Positions 13,335-24,011 of a DNA stretch of 64,000 nucleotides are shown here, one piece after another. Origin of the DNA: Podospora anserina (lineage: Eukaryota). The notes under the pieces were generated by a model. That model searched no databases and was not told the DNA's origin. It saw nothing but the letters and a program-made list of their open reading frames with translations. The position numbers were made by a program, and so were the translations under genes. How positions within the stretch are numbered: position 1 is the first letter of the stretch; every line of letters begins with the position of its first letter. The DNA is taken from NCBI GenBank assembly GCA_017654855.1, contig CM030334.1, forward strand, positions 2,976,001 through 3,040,000. The letters run 5' to 3'.

Positions 13335-13896
13335 ATGAAGATCCTAGAGGCCCAGTCGGCCGTGCTCACCAACTACGAGGTGTACCAGCACCTCACCGAT
13401 ATACGCAAGAGGAACAACAGTAGCCAGCCTAAGAGACGGATGCCCGAAGATGCCTTCCGGCTCAGCAAGGAGGTGAGTTTTTCTTAGTCTTGGCTAATTG
13501 TTACCCTGGACATTAGTCACAGTGACTGACACTTAGTTCTAGGTCCTCGAGTATTTGGAGACGAAGCCATACCCGCTGCACGACCAAAAGGAGAAACAGC
13601 ACTACAGCCAAGCCACCCTCGAATTGCTCTGCGAGAAGCTGGCGGAGAAGTTTCCCGACATCACCAAGGCCGAAGGTCTCGCCATTTTCGACGTGCGACC
13701 TACCAATATCCCAGTTTTGGCTATAATTGTCGAGTCGCTCGAGGACCGGTACACCGAAGAGGAGCAGCAGCAACTCGTTGATCTCGTTATCGAGGTCCTT
13801 GGACAAGATGACCCCGAGCCTGAAGAAGAAGAAGGCGAGGAAGGCGCTGAGGATGGAGACGCAGTTCAGTCTGTTGAGACTGCCAACGGCGCATAG
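13335..13896 (+). CDS. RPC17: RNA polymerase III subunit Rpc17/RPC9, Rpb4 family (~163 aa)
   Basis: Exons 13335-13472 and 13543-13896. N-terminus MKILEAQSAVLTNYEVYQHL, HRDC-like ITKAEGLAIFDVRP..IVESLEDRY, acidic tail. Confidence 0.88.
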
Positions 13897-13945
13897 ATTT
13901 CGACGAACGGCACGCACTGTGTCGCGCCAGTGTGTTTGAGGATTG

Positions 13946-14642
13946 TTACATGATGGCGCACCCCCCTTCGCTCTGTCCGCCCTCCTCCGACGTCGACTTG
14001 AGAGCTGTGCTACATATGTCGTCAAATACCTCGGGGAGAAGCTCGCCTGTTACAGCAGAACATTCCATGTATTTGTCTGCGCGCATTTCTTGGGCGCGAG
14101 CATATGCTTCTTGCGGATATATGATTCCATTTGGATCATCCTCGGAGCGCAAGTCCCTCTTTAAACCCAACACGAGCATCGGCAGACGATCATGGTTGAA
14201 TGTCGCCCGCACCTCCTTTACCCACTGCACAACAACTTGTCAGAAACGATAATATCAGAGCCAGTGGATTGGGCGGTGGACCTACGACTCGCTGGAGGTT
14301 GATGAGGCTCAACCGCTGGCTGATGTCATAGCAGATGATTACGAGGTCTGGTCGGAGCAGTTTCCAGCTTTCAGGGCTGGATGTATCGAAGAACTCGAAG
14401 CGGTACTGTCTTTTTCGGGAGCGGATATCAAACACAAAGGGTTGGTCCATATCCCTCAGCATGGTGATTGGAACATTGCCTTGGAGATTTGGACGGCCCT
14501 GGCTGATCCGTCTATTGGAAGTGTCAGCAGCTGGATACCAGGACAGTTATTGTAGGCAAAGATAGAGTACAGACGATAAAAATGTAGTTTTGCCGCATTT
14601 CTCATCTCCCAGCAGAAGGATGGTGATGATTTGTTCTTCCAT
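13946..14642 (-). CDS. Atypical Rho-like small GTPase (~190 aa)
   Basis: Exons 14642-14575, 14511-14286, 14224-13946. P-loop LLGDEKCGKT, G4 GLKRD, G5 ECSA and C-terminal CaaX CAIM. Confidence 0.85.
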
Positions 14643-14910
14643 TGTATGTGAGTGACATGATGAGACCAGCTGAGATGATTGAAGCGGTTCCCAAAGGTCA
14701 TATAGCGCGCCACAGGTGTTTGGGGGTTGCTGAACGTTATCAACTGGTTATCAATCGGGGCTTTATCGATAAGTCATGCCAAGCATAGGCCCACAATATT
14801 GTTAGAGGGGTCAACTCATTGGGCCATGGGGGATCTGAACATTTGAGCCCTGCATAAGGTCGTCGTTTAAGTGAGAGAAGAGTCACAGTTGAGCCTCGTT
14901 TTATGAGCCT

Positions 14911-16818
14911 ATGAACTCTTTCCAGGCCTTGCGGAGGACTATTCAAGGACCAGCGCAGGCGCACAAGCGAGCGGTGACTTTTGGTATCACAACCGCCACT
15001 CGTCCTTTTTCATCTCACATTACGACTCACTTACTGAACTCACCACAATCCCCATCGAATCAAAATATTGAAGCCAAAAAGACAATGGACTACCAAGACT
15101 GGACCAAAGAACGGCTCCTGGAGCGAGTGAAGGAACTGGAAGCTCAGCTTAAGACTCAGTCCCAACCACTACAACAACCCACACCAGTACTCCAGGCCCC
15201 AGCAGCAGCAACTCCAACAATAACAACAGAAGAAGGCGAACCCCCCAAAAAGAAACAAAAGAAAAAGTCCACCGGCATCGACCCCTCCCGCTACAGCACC
15301 CGCCTCATCGCCCTCAAGCTCTCCTACCTGGGGAAAAACTACGGCGGCTTCGAGCACTCGGGCTACAGCAACGTCCCCTCCATCGAGGAAGAGCTCTGGA
15401 AAGCGCTTGTCAAAGGCTGTCTCATCACCCCGGCCGACCCGTCCAAAATCGACTTTGCGCCGTTCGAGTACAGCAAATGTGGACGGACGGACAGGGGGGT
15501 GAGTGCATTTGGGCAGGTGATTTCCATTCGGGTGAGGTCAAATAGACCCCCATCTAAATCGGAACAACCAGCGGAGGAAGATGTAGTGATGGAGGGGACA
15601 CCAGAGCAAAACAACACCCCCCAGCTGCCAGGAAAGAAGCAACAGCAAAACCCCCAAAAAGAGTGGGAGGATATTGTGGATGAAATCAACTACCCCAAGG
15701 TCCTCAACCGTCTTTTGCCTCCTGACATCAAGGTTCTCGCCTGGGCGCCGACGCTGCCGGAGGGGTTCTCGGCCAGGTTTAGTTGTTACGAGAGGCAGTA
15801 TAGATATTTCTTTACCAACCCCTCCATGGCACCTACTCTTCTTGCTCCAGGGGAGAAGTCAGGGTGGCTTGACATTGCGGCTATGAAAAAAGCGGCAAAG
15901 TACTTTGAGGGGTTGCACGATTTTAGGAATTTTTGCAAGGTTGATGGCGGGAAGCAGATAACCAGCTTTCAGAGGAGGATTTTTGAGTGTGATATTGAGG
16001 AGGTCGAGGGGCAGGATTTGGGGGTGGTGAATTTTTGGGGGGGAGAGAAGAAGGGGAAGGTTTACTATTTCCATGTGAGGGGGTCGGCGTTTTTGTGGCA
16101 TCAGATTAGGCATATGGTTGCGATTGTTTTTAATGTTGGGCAGGGGTTGGAAAGGCCGGAGGTTGTGAGGGAGCTGTTGGATGTGGAGAGGAATGGGAGG
16201 AAGCCGGGGTATATCATGGCCGAGGAGGTGCCGTTGGTGTTGTGGGATTGTGTGTTTCCCAAAAGGCCAGAGATTGTCACGGGTGAGGGAGAGAGGAAGG
16301 TGTTGAGTCGGGGTGAGGATGAGAGGGCTTTTATGCATGATCCTGGTTTCAAAGGGGAGATCAAGTTCGAGGATGATGGGGTGGACTGGGTTTGGCTTGG
16401 GGAGGACCAGCCGGGGAATTTGATGGGGAGTAACGGGTTGGTGGATCAGTTGTGGGAGTATTGGCATGAAAGGAAGATGGATGAGCTGTTGAGTGGGTTG
16501 TTGCTGCAGCAGGTGGCGACGAGGGCGGATTTGACGAGGAAGTTGGGGAAGGAGGAGCCGGCGCCGAAGAAGAACGGAAAAGAAAATTTGCAGAGGGTGT
16601 ATAAGGGGGGGAATATGACGAGGTCGTCGGGGGTGTATGTGCCCGTGATGAAGAAGGAATTGATGCCGACGCCGGTGGAGATTAACCACAAGTGGGCGCA
16701 GTCGAAGGGGTTCAAGGACTCGGAGGATATGGCGAATACCAAGAACTGGAGGTCGGTGATCAAAGCCAACAAAGCCGCTGACAAGGCGGCGGCGGCTGGT
16801 GGTGAGAAGTCAGTGTAA
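14911..16818 (+). CDS. DEG1: tRNA pseudouridine(38/39) synthase, TruA family
   Basis: 635-aa ORF with YLGKNYGG, catalytic CGRTDRGVSA, FSARFSC, HDFRNFCK and GSAFLWHQIR. Second in-frame ATG at 15085. Confidence 0.95.
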   Translation: MNSFQALRRTIQGPAQAHKRAVTFGITTATRPFSSHITTHLLNSPQSPSNQNIEAKKTMDYQDWTKERLLERVKELEAQLKTQSQPLQQPTPVLQAPAAATPTITTEEGEPPKKKQKKKSTGIDPSRYSTRLIALKLSYLGKNYGGFEHSGYSNVPSIEEELWKALVKGCLITPADPSKIDFAPFEYSKCGRTDRGVSAFGQVISIRVRSNRPPSKSEQPAEEDVVMEGTPEQNNTPQLPGKKQQQNPQKEWEDIVDEINYPKVLNRLLPPDIKVLAWAPTLPEGFSARFSCYERQYRYFFTNPSMAPTLLAPGEKSGWLDIAAMKKAAKYFEGLHDFRNFCKVDGGKQITSFQRRIFECDIEEVEGQDLGVVNFWGGEKKGKVYYFHVRGSAFLWHQIRHMVAIVFNVGQGLERPEVVRELLDVERNGRKPGYIMAEEVPLVLWDCVFPKRPEIVTGEGERKVLSRGEDERAFMHDPGFKGEIKFEDDGVDWVWLGEDQPGNLMGSNGLVDQLWEYWHERKMDELLSGLLLQQVATRADLTRKLGKEEPAPKKNGKENLQRVYKGGNMTRSSGVYVPVMKKELMPTPVEINHKWAQSKGFKDSEDMANTKNWRSVIKANKAADKAAAAGGEKSV

Positions 16819-16897
16819 AATCTCAAGTAAAAAAAAAATAAACAATCAAAAAGTTCCATTCTCGCTTGCTTCGCTATCCAATTATCACTGTGTCTTA

Positions 16898-17704
16898 TCA
16901 ACTATCCTTCCTCCCCAACGTCGCCGTCTGCCCCCAACTTCCCCCTAAACTCTGATGATTCGGATCACCCTCATACAAACACCCCCTCACCCCCCTCCAT
17001 ACCTCCTCGACAATCTTCCTCCCTGGCAACAGCTTAGGAAAAACAACAACAACATCCTCCTCCCCCTCGACAATAACAATAAGATAATACCTAACCTCAA
17101 ACCCCCTAAACGCCTCATTGATCAACACATCCCGTATCTTTTCCGTAGGAATAAACCTTGTCTTTGTTGGCGTCGTCCCCCAAAACCACCACTTCCACCC
17201 CCTCCACCTATTACTCCCATCCGACGTGTTTGGAATCGGGCTACTAAACGATGACGAACTGGTCGAAGTCTGGATGCCCAGCCCCCGGAGAACAAGAAGG
17301 GACTCGGTGGTGTGAAGCTGGGTGCAGAGGGTGAAGTAGGTGATCACCGAGGCGATGACTGCCAGGGCAGAGTTGGAGAGGGGGGCGGTGATGGAGGCGA
17401 GGAATTGGCCCGGTGGCGAGGAGTGGAGGGTTTGGAGGAGGTGGGAGGCAAGGAGGAGGATGTCGCCTTGGTAGAGGAGGTCAAGCAACGATATTGGGAT
17501 TGGTGGTGGGGGACGGGAGGGATCGTGGAAGAAGCGGGAGTAGATTGTCGTCGTGGCTGCGGTGAAGATGGCGACGCGGAGGAGGGAGATGGCGAGGAGG
17601 TAGAGGCGGAGGGGGAGGGTCAGGGGTGGGCAGGTGGTGACTGTGAATTCGGCGGTTGTTGGGGAGGGGCGGCGGAGGTAGAGGTGGGGGCTTGTTGTCA
17701 ACAT
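16898..17704 (-). CDS. GPI15: GPI-GlcNAc transferase subunit PIG-H/Gpi15
   Basis: 268-aa ORF with two TM segments, then ESLLVLRGLGIQT and FIPTEKIRDVLINEAFRGFEVRYYL. Confidence 0.92.
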   Translation of the reverse strand: MLTTSPHLYLRRPSPTTAEFTVTTCPPLTLPLRLYLLAISLLRVAIFTAATTTIYSRFFHDPSRPPPPIPISLLDLLYQGDILLLASHLLQTLHSSPPGQFLASITAPLSNSALAVIASVITYFTLCTQLHTTESLLVLRGLGIQTSTSSSSFSSPIPNTSDGSNRWRGWKWWFWGTTPTKTRFIPTEKIRDVLINEAFRGFEVRYYLIVIVEGEEDVVVVFPKLLPGRKIVEEVWRGVRGCLYEGDPNHQSLGGSWGQTATLGRKDS

Positions 17705-18875
17705 GTTGCTGGTGATGCCCTCAATGCCGTACTGGACCTGGGAATGGTGCGATGCGCCAAGTGCTGGCGCGTAGTGGGCAACGCCTCGGTTTCTTTGTGA
17801 TGATTGTTGTATGAACGACAGAATGTCGCTGTCACCTCTCCGTCCTTTCTTGGGCCATGTCTTTCGCTGTATCCTCCTCAGTCGCCTTCGCCAGATGGTG
17901 TGGCCAATGTACCTCTATGGATGCTACTACTTGGAGCTCAGCGCGCCCAAGTCCACTAGCTGCATCCGTGATGCTTATCGCACTATCCGCACCGATACTG
18001 CCCCTAACCCTGGCCTTATGCGCACCCAAAGCTGCAGGCCCACTTGCACCCGCGCCCAACCAGTGGTTTATATATTAGGTCAAATGTGCAAACTATCGGC
18101 TGTAATGGTCATATTGGTTAAGGAGACGCCTGAAAATCTTCTCCCGACTCCAGTCTCATATCCATGAGAACTTCCCCCGTGGCGCCCAGCGTGAATCTTG
18201 CGGTGGCCACCCACTCGCACGGGTAACCTGCGATGCTGCGCCGTGGCCCTAAGCAATGAAGATGATACTTGAGGGAGGCTTCACTCTGCAGAGGCATCTT
18301 CACCGTCCGATGGCAGGCTGGATCACGATCGTGGGGGGAATGTGAGATGGAGCGGAGAGGTGGGGATGTCGACTCCGATTTTTTGCAACTTTTTTGCTTT
18401 TTGTTTTGGGACTGTTCTCACCTCTCAATTAACTCTCTACAGTCAGGAGATACGTTGTGTGTTTTTTGCAGTGGTTTTGAAGGGTTGCAGAATGGATCGT
18501 GGTCCATAAGAGCTGTCCGGGCTTGTTGAGAGTGAGGAAGCTTGAAGCCATCACCCACCCACCACCAAACCCTCCATCCAGTTTACAATCAACAGTCAAT
18601 GGATGACACCGCAAATGATGAGAGTGAGGAAAGTCAACAGTATGTGATATGTTCTGTCATTGGTCTCATATCTCGTCTAGATACATCACAATCGAATCCA
18701 TTCCACTCTGCTAGCCACCTATCGTAACACATCGCCTCTATCTATCGATGATCATCCTGTCTAATGTAAATGTATCTCGAGGTCTAGTCTATGACTGAGA
18801 AACTGTCCGCAACTTCCAAGTCCGCTGAGGTCTCTGCTCAACCCCCGTTGTGGCTTCTTTCAATGCTCCAAATCT

Positions 18876-20318
18876 TTAATGGCTTTCCTCCTCCTTATAA
18901 TGCTCAATAATTCTCAACCTCTCCGCCGGCGTCACATACTTGACATGCTCAACACCCCCCTCGAGCACAGCAACTCTCATCATCGCGAGCAACTACACAT
19001 TATGTTAGCCCCCATTCCCACATCATCAACAAACAATATCAGATAGTGACTCACATTATGCGCAGCATTGCTATGCTCATAAACCCCCCCTCCAAACGCA
19101 GCTGTCGCATCCTTCCCCACCCTCGCCCTAATAATCGCCTTTCCGCCAGGGTGTTTATTCTCAAATTCGCTCGCGTCATGGATGTACCCATTGATCAAAA
19201 TCAGCGAATTCTTCTTCGCCTCCCTCTGAAACGTCTCCCAGCTCACAAGCGGGAGCTTGTCCGGCCTAGCCGGCCATTTGATATCCTCCTGCTTCTCCTT
19301 CAGTCTTCTCAGCGTCATGGTCAGCTCCCCCTTGCTGATTTCGTTTTGGGGAAAAGTCTGCAGCTGCGTCGACAACCCAAGCCGGGAGCTGAGGTAGATG
19401 AACCATTTTGTCGGGTCGTACTGATACCACTTGATCCCATTGCGGTAGTCAACAGGGAACTGGTGGTGGAAGTTGTGGTACCCCTCCCCGGCAGTGACGA
19501 TGGCCGTAAAAAAGTGGTTGCGGGGAGTGTGCTTGTCGTCAAATGGGGCGTCGCCAAAGGTGTGGGCAAGGGAGTTGATGCACATGATGCTGTGCTGGAC
19601 GATCGTCAGCCTGAGCATGGCCGCGTAGCAGATGCCGCCTGCCCAGTCACCCCAGAAGTATCCTGCTACTGCCGCTGGCATGACGTAGGCCAGGAAGGGG
19701 AAGAGCTTGAAGTAGTGACGGTGTTGGAACATGACGAGCTTGTTCTTCTTGAGGTCGGAGACGTCTGTGGGGCCGGCTTGGATGTCTCGCCTGAAGAGGA
19801 TCCAGCCGGCGTGCGTCCACCAGAAGCCTTCTTTTCCGGAGTGGGGGTCGAGGTCCGAGTCGGTGTAGCGGTGGTGGGCGCGATGCTCGCGAGCCCACCA
19901 GAAGGCCGAGCCTTGGACGCCGCAGGTGCCGCCGATGAGGAGGAAAATCTGGAGGGGGGTGGAGGCTTTGAAGGAGCGGTGGGAGTAGAGTCTGTGGGAG
20001 CCGGCGGTTGAGCCTGTGAGAGAAAAAGTTGGATGTTAAGTTTGGATATCCGAGGTGGGCGGTTTTCAGGGTCTACTTACCGATGATGCTGAACCAGTAC
20101 AGGAAGACTGACCACCACAATGTCTTGGTCTGCAAGGGCACAAAGAGAAGCCCGTATAGACCTATTATCGGGGAGACAGTGAGAACAATCATGCTTTCCC
20201 ACTTGATCCGTTGCCATAGCGTCTCAGCAGGCTTCTCAACCTTGGGCAATGGAAGCGCCAGTGGGTTCTTCTCCCAGGCCAGCATCGTCGCCGGTTCTTC
20301 GGTGACGGTGACGGACAT
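18876..20318 (-). CDS. OLE1: Delta-9 acyl-CoA desaturase with fused cytochrome b5, OLE1-like (~437 aa)
   Basis: Exons 20318-20081, 20013-19055, 18992-18876. His boxes HRLYSH, HRAHH and GEGYHNFHH; cytochrome b5 motif HPGG. Confidence 0.92.
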
Positions 20319-22103
20319 GTTGAAGGCTTCACCGATGATGATAAACGATGAGGTTCAAAAGAGAGAAATATGCTTGCTGTCCACGAAGACGCTAGCCTGA
20401 GTCGATCGATGGCAGCATGGCATCAGAGCTGTCCTTATATCCCCCAACCTGTCCTACTATACCGCCATGTAAGACACTATCAAGATACATGATTCCCCAC
20501 AGTAAATGCTGACTCCCTCGGTGACGACACTCGCAACATTCCAATGGACACCGAAAAAGGGGCTCGAAAAGGAGAACCAACAATGGCGCTGGGCAGGCAC
20601 GGGGACGGAATGTTCTGGCCAAGACAACGGCTCCGGCCCCGATGGACATAAGAAAACTGCTTCAGGTTTGCAAGTATGTGCAGGTAGCAGGTAAAACCCG
20701 GCATTACCGGCTATTGTCCCGAATGTGAGACTATTTGTCGGGGCTTAGGGTCCCTACATGACATAACGGTTATGCAGCCACTGGTAGATTTCTGTCTTGT
20801 GCGAGGCACCAGACCTGAGCAGGCTGTGAGAACCTCACTTTTGTAAAACACACGCGGACCGCAGGTGCAAACCTTTTTTGGCAGTAGATCATATGAAGCA
20901 AGACAAGCTTCTAGCTGTCAGAACTTTGAGTTCATACCTTTGACAGCACATGGAAAGACCAATTATGACCGGAAAGGGAGAAGATCGTCCGTCTCCGACT
21001 ATGAGCAGGTAAAACCTCAAGGCGCGCGATTATCGCATTATCAATCACACGGCATCTATATGCATGTCAGCCAGCGCGTTTCATTGCCAGAAGGGGCTGA
21101 GAGCCAGATGTAGTGCTGTGGTCGACCGATAGGTGAGGGTCCAGCTTGCGGGGGAGGCTATCGCCATCTGTGGAACAACGGCAGACCCCGATGGGTTGAT
21201 GCGATGTTCTTTTCCTCCCGGAGTCGTGTATGCTTCACAACGTTTGAGGTATCTGTCGACGCCGATCTTCGGAATAGTCGGAGGCTGACCAGCGACTGAA
21301 CATTGTATAGTATGACGCGGCATGATGGTGTACAAGCAGAGGCAAAGCATTGGACGCGCGGGACGGGGAGAAAAGGAAGAGACATTGTATCATAAATCCA
21401 AAAAGGCATATGTTGCTATACCAGACGATTAGGAAGGTGAGAGAGGACGGCGATGTGCTAGTGAGGCTCTGTTGGACTGCCGTCTACGTGTGTAAGTGGC
21501 GTTCTTCATCCCACCCAAGAACCTTAGGGGCGGCACGGCCCTATCGTCGCTGAATCCCTACAACATGTAAGTGTTAGCAAGATGTTCCTCAAGCCCGCAC
21601 TTGGGTCGACGCCAATGAGTCGTTATCTTCACAAAAACCTATCGATGAGAACTTTTGATAAGAAATAGACATCTGCCAAGTTTCAGCACGCGAAGCCCTT
21701 CAGCAATCAGGCAACAGGCTTCAAAATGTGTGTCGTTGCACTAACAATTTGTGTGCTGTCGTGCCTGTTGTGGCTGAGTGGGGGCACACACTTCTCAACA
21801 ACTGCCGCTCCCACCTCGGATCCCGGGTTCGTCGGACGCACCAATTGATTGACAGGACCCTTGATACCAAAAGCCGGGAGAGTGATGCTGTCTCTTAAAG
21901 TGTCGCCGAGATGGACCCGTCCCTGCTCCGTCCTGATCGGATGTCGTGGAGAAAGCCACCTCCGGTGCAAGACTGTTGTTGGTTGCCTGTGGCCTCCGTT
22001 CCCGCGAAACATATATACCAACACGAACACTCACACTCCCCCGCAGTATCATCGCCAGAGACGCCAAGCGTCCCGCATCGTCGTCACTGGACATAACAAG
22101 ACC

Positions 22104-23134
22104 ATGTTCAACCCACTCCAAGGCTGGAAATCTGAACCAGCGCCCCGACACCAGGGCTATTCGGCCTTTGTCAATGGCCACTGGAGGAGCTTCGCCAGCC
22201 CAACCAAAAATGTCGTGGATGGTTCCAACACACCCACACGCTTTTCTGTATGGTCCTGGAATATCGACTTCAAGTTGGACGTGCCCGTGGCTCGCATGAG
22301 GGCTGCTCTCAACCATGTCCGATCATTAGTGGCTTCTCAAGACGGGACTCCGTGCATCGTCATGTTCAACGAGATGGTTGCATCTGACCTGGATGTGATA
22401 GCGGACGACGAGTGGGTTAGGGAAAACTACAATGTGACCGACCTGACTGGAGAGAACTGGGACTTCCACGACTTTCCTCCCGGATTTGGCTATGGTGGGT
22501 TCTTTCGGTGAGACAAGCCAGCGAAAGGAAGTCTTGCATGCTGACGACCGATGCAGGAACATGCATTCTTGTGCCGAAGGTGCTCCCCATCAAGGCCGTG
22601 TTCCGTGTCTACTACCCCAACTCGTCGATGCAGCGTGATGCCCTCTTTGTCGACATTGCCATCCCACGAGACAAAGTCCTTCGTGTATGCAGCACCCACC
22701 TGGAATCCCTGGTGGCCCGGCCACCGAAGCGGCCAGCGCAGCTTGCTACGGCGGCCAGGTTCTTGCACCAGGCACATGTTGGCATTCTCGCGGGAGACCT
22801 CAACGCCATCGAGCGCTTCGACTGGACCCTCCACAAGGAAAACAGGCTCAAGGATGCGTATCTCGAGACTGGCGGCAAACAAGGAGACGAGGCTGGGGCG
22901 ACATGGGGATTGATGGGCCGCAGCAATGACAGACAGCGGTATGGAACGTCCAGAATGGACAAGGTGCTCTTTTGCGGAAAGGCAGGGTTGCTTGATTACG
23001 GCACTTTCGGGCTGGATGTTGAAGTCGAAGATGAGGCAGATCGGCAGAAGTTAAAGCGCTCTTGGGGTCTGGCGAAAGCCTGGGTGACGGATCATTTGGG
23101 CGTTCGCGCAGAGTTCCAACTCGAAGAGGTTTAA
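22104..23134 (+). CDS. Endonuclease/exonuclease/phosphatase (EEP) family protein, TDP2-like (~322 aa)
   Basis: Exons 22104-22494 and 22557-23134. Motifs SWNID, MFNEM, STHLES, AGDLN, RMDKV and TDH. Confidence 0.88.
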
Positions 23135-24011
23135 CCAAAAGGTGCTAGTGTACTGTATAATATCCATGTATGACTCGTAATTAACAACAATAGATATGTA
23201 TCAACCTCGTGCCAACGAAAGTAAGAGTCAGGAACGGCTGTTCGTGCTGTCGACGGTTTGACCGGGAGCCAAGACCGTCCCGGGGCTTAGCTACCACATT
23301 CCCGGGTCGAGACCCACACAACCGCCTGACCAGGGGTCGATATCAAATGCTGGGTTTGCAATCGCATCGAGGCCGGGGGTTTGGAGGTTTCCCCCCTCGA
23401 GAACGTTTTGGAGACCCTTAGATTTGGACGGCGAAGTCGGTACACCGTTGAAACAAACGGCGACCGGTATTTCTTGCGACAAAGACGCTGTTGAGCTGTT
23501 ACCGCACCCGACCTGGCACTTGGTGCTCGGTGTTGGCACTGTACCACTGAATTTCAAAGGCGATACAGCAGTGCTTTCTGGATTGCTGCTTCCAAACCAA
23601 GGCCTCATTTTTGTTTGATTCAAAAACACCCATTCTCAATGATTTCACGTGTCAAGCATAGACAGGACAATTCCATAGCCGCTCACTTTCACATGGTAAA
23701 AACGGAGGCGAAGGTCCTGGTGGTCAGGTAGTATTGAATACGAAGTGTGTGAAAAGGCGGTAATTACCGGGGGGCCGTTAGGCCCACTGGCACAGCATCC
23801 TAGACCTGGCCGCTGGAGATCGAGCCCGCCCGTTGACGACATGGCGCTCAATGCTTCCACAAAACCACATGCCGTCTCTTTACACAACCCAAATTTCCTT
23901 CTTTCAACCTAAAGCCCTAATTTCTCCGGTATACCTTACCAGCCCACCAACCCTACTCTCATAACCGTCTCAGCAAGGTGAAAACTTGCCCTACGCTGCC
24001 GCTGTCCTGCG

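Noticed and set aside
17811-18167. Small ORFs here and at 21081-21409 and 23291-23629
   Set aside because: No recognisable motifs, splice structure or codon bias.
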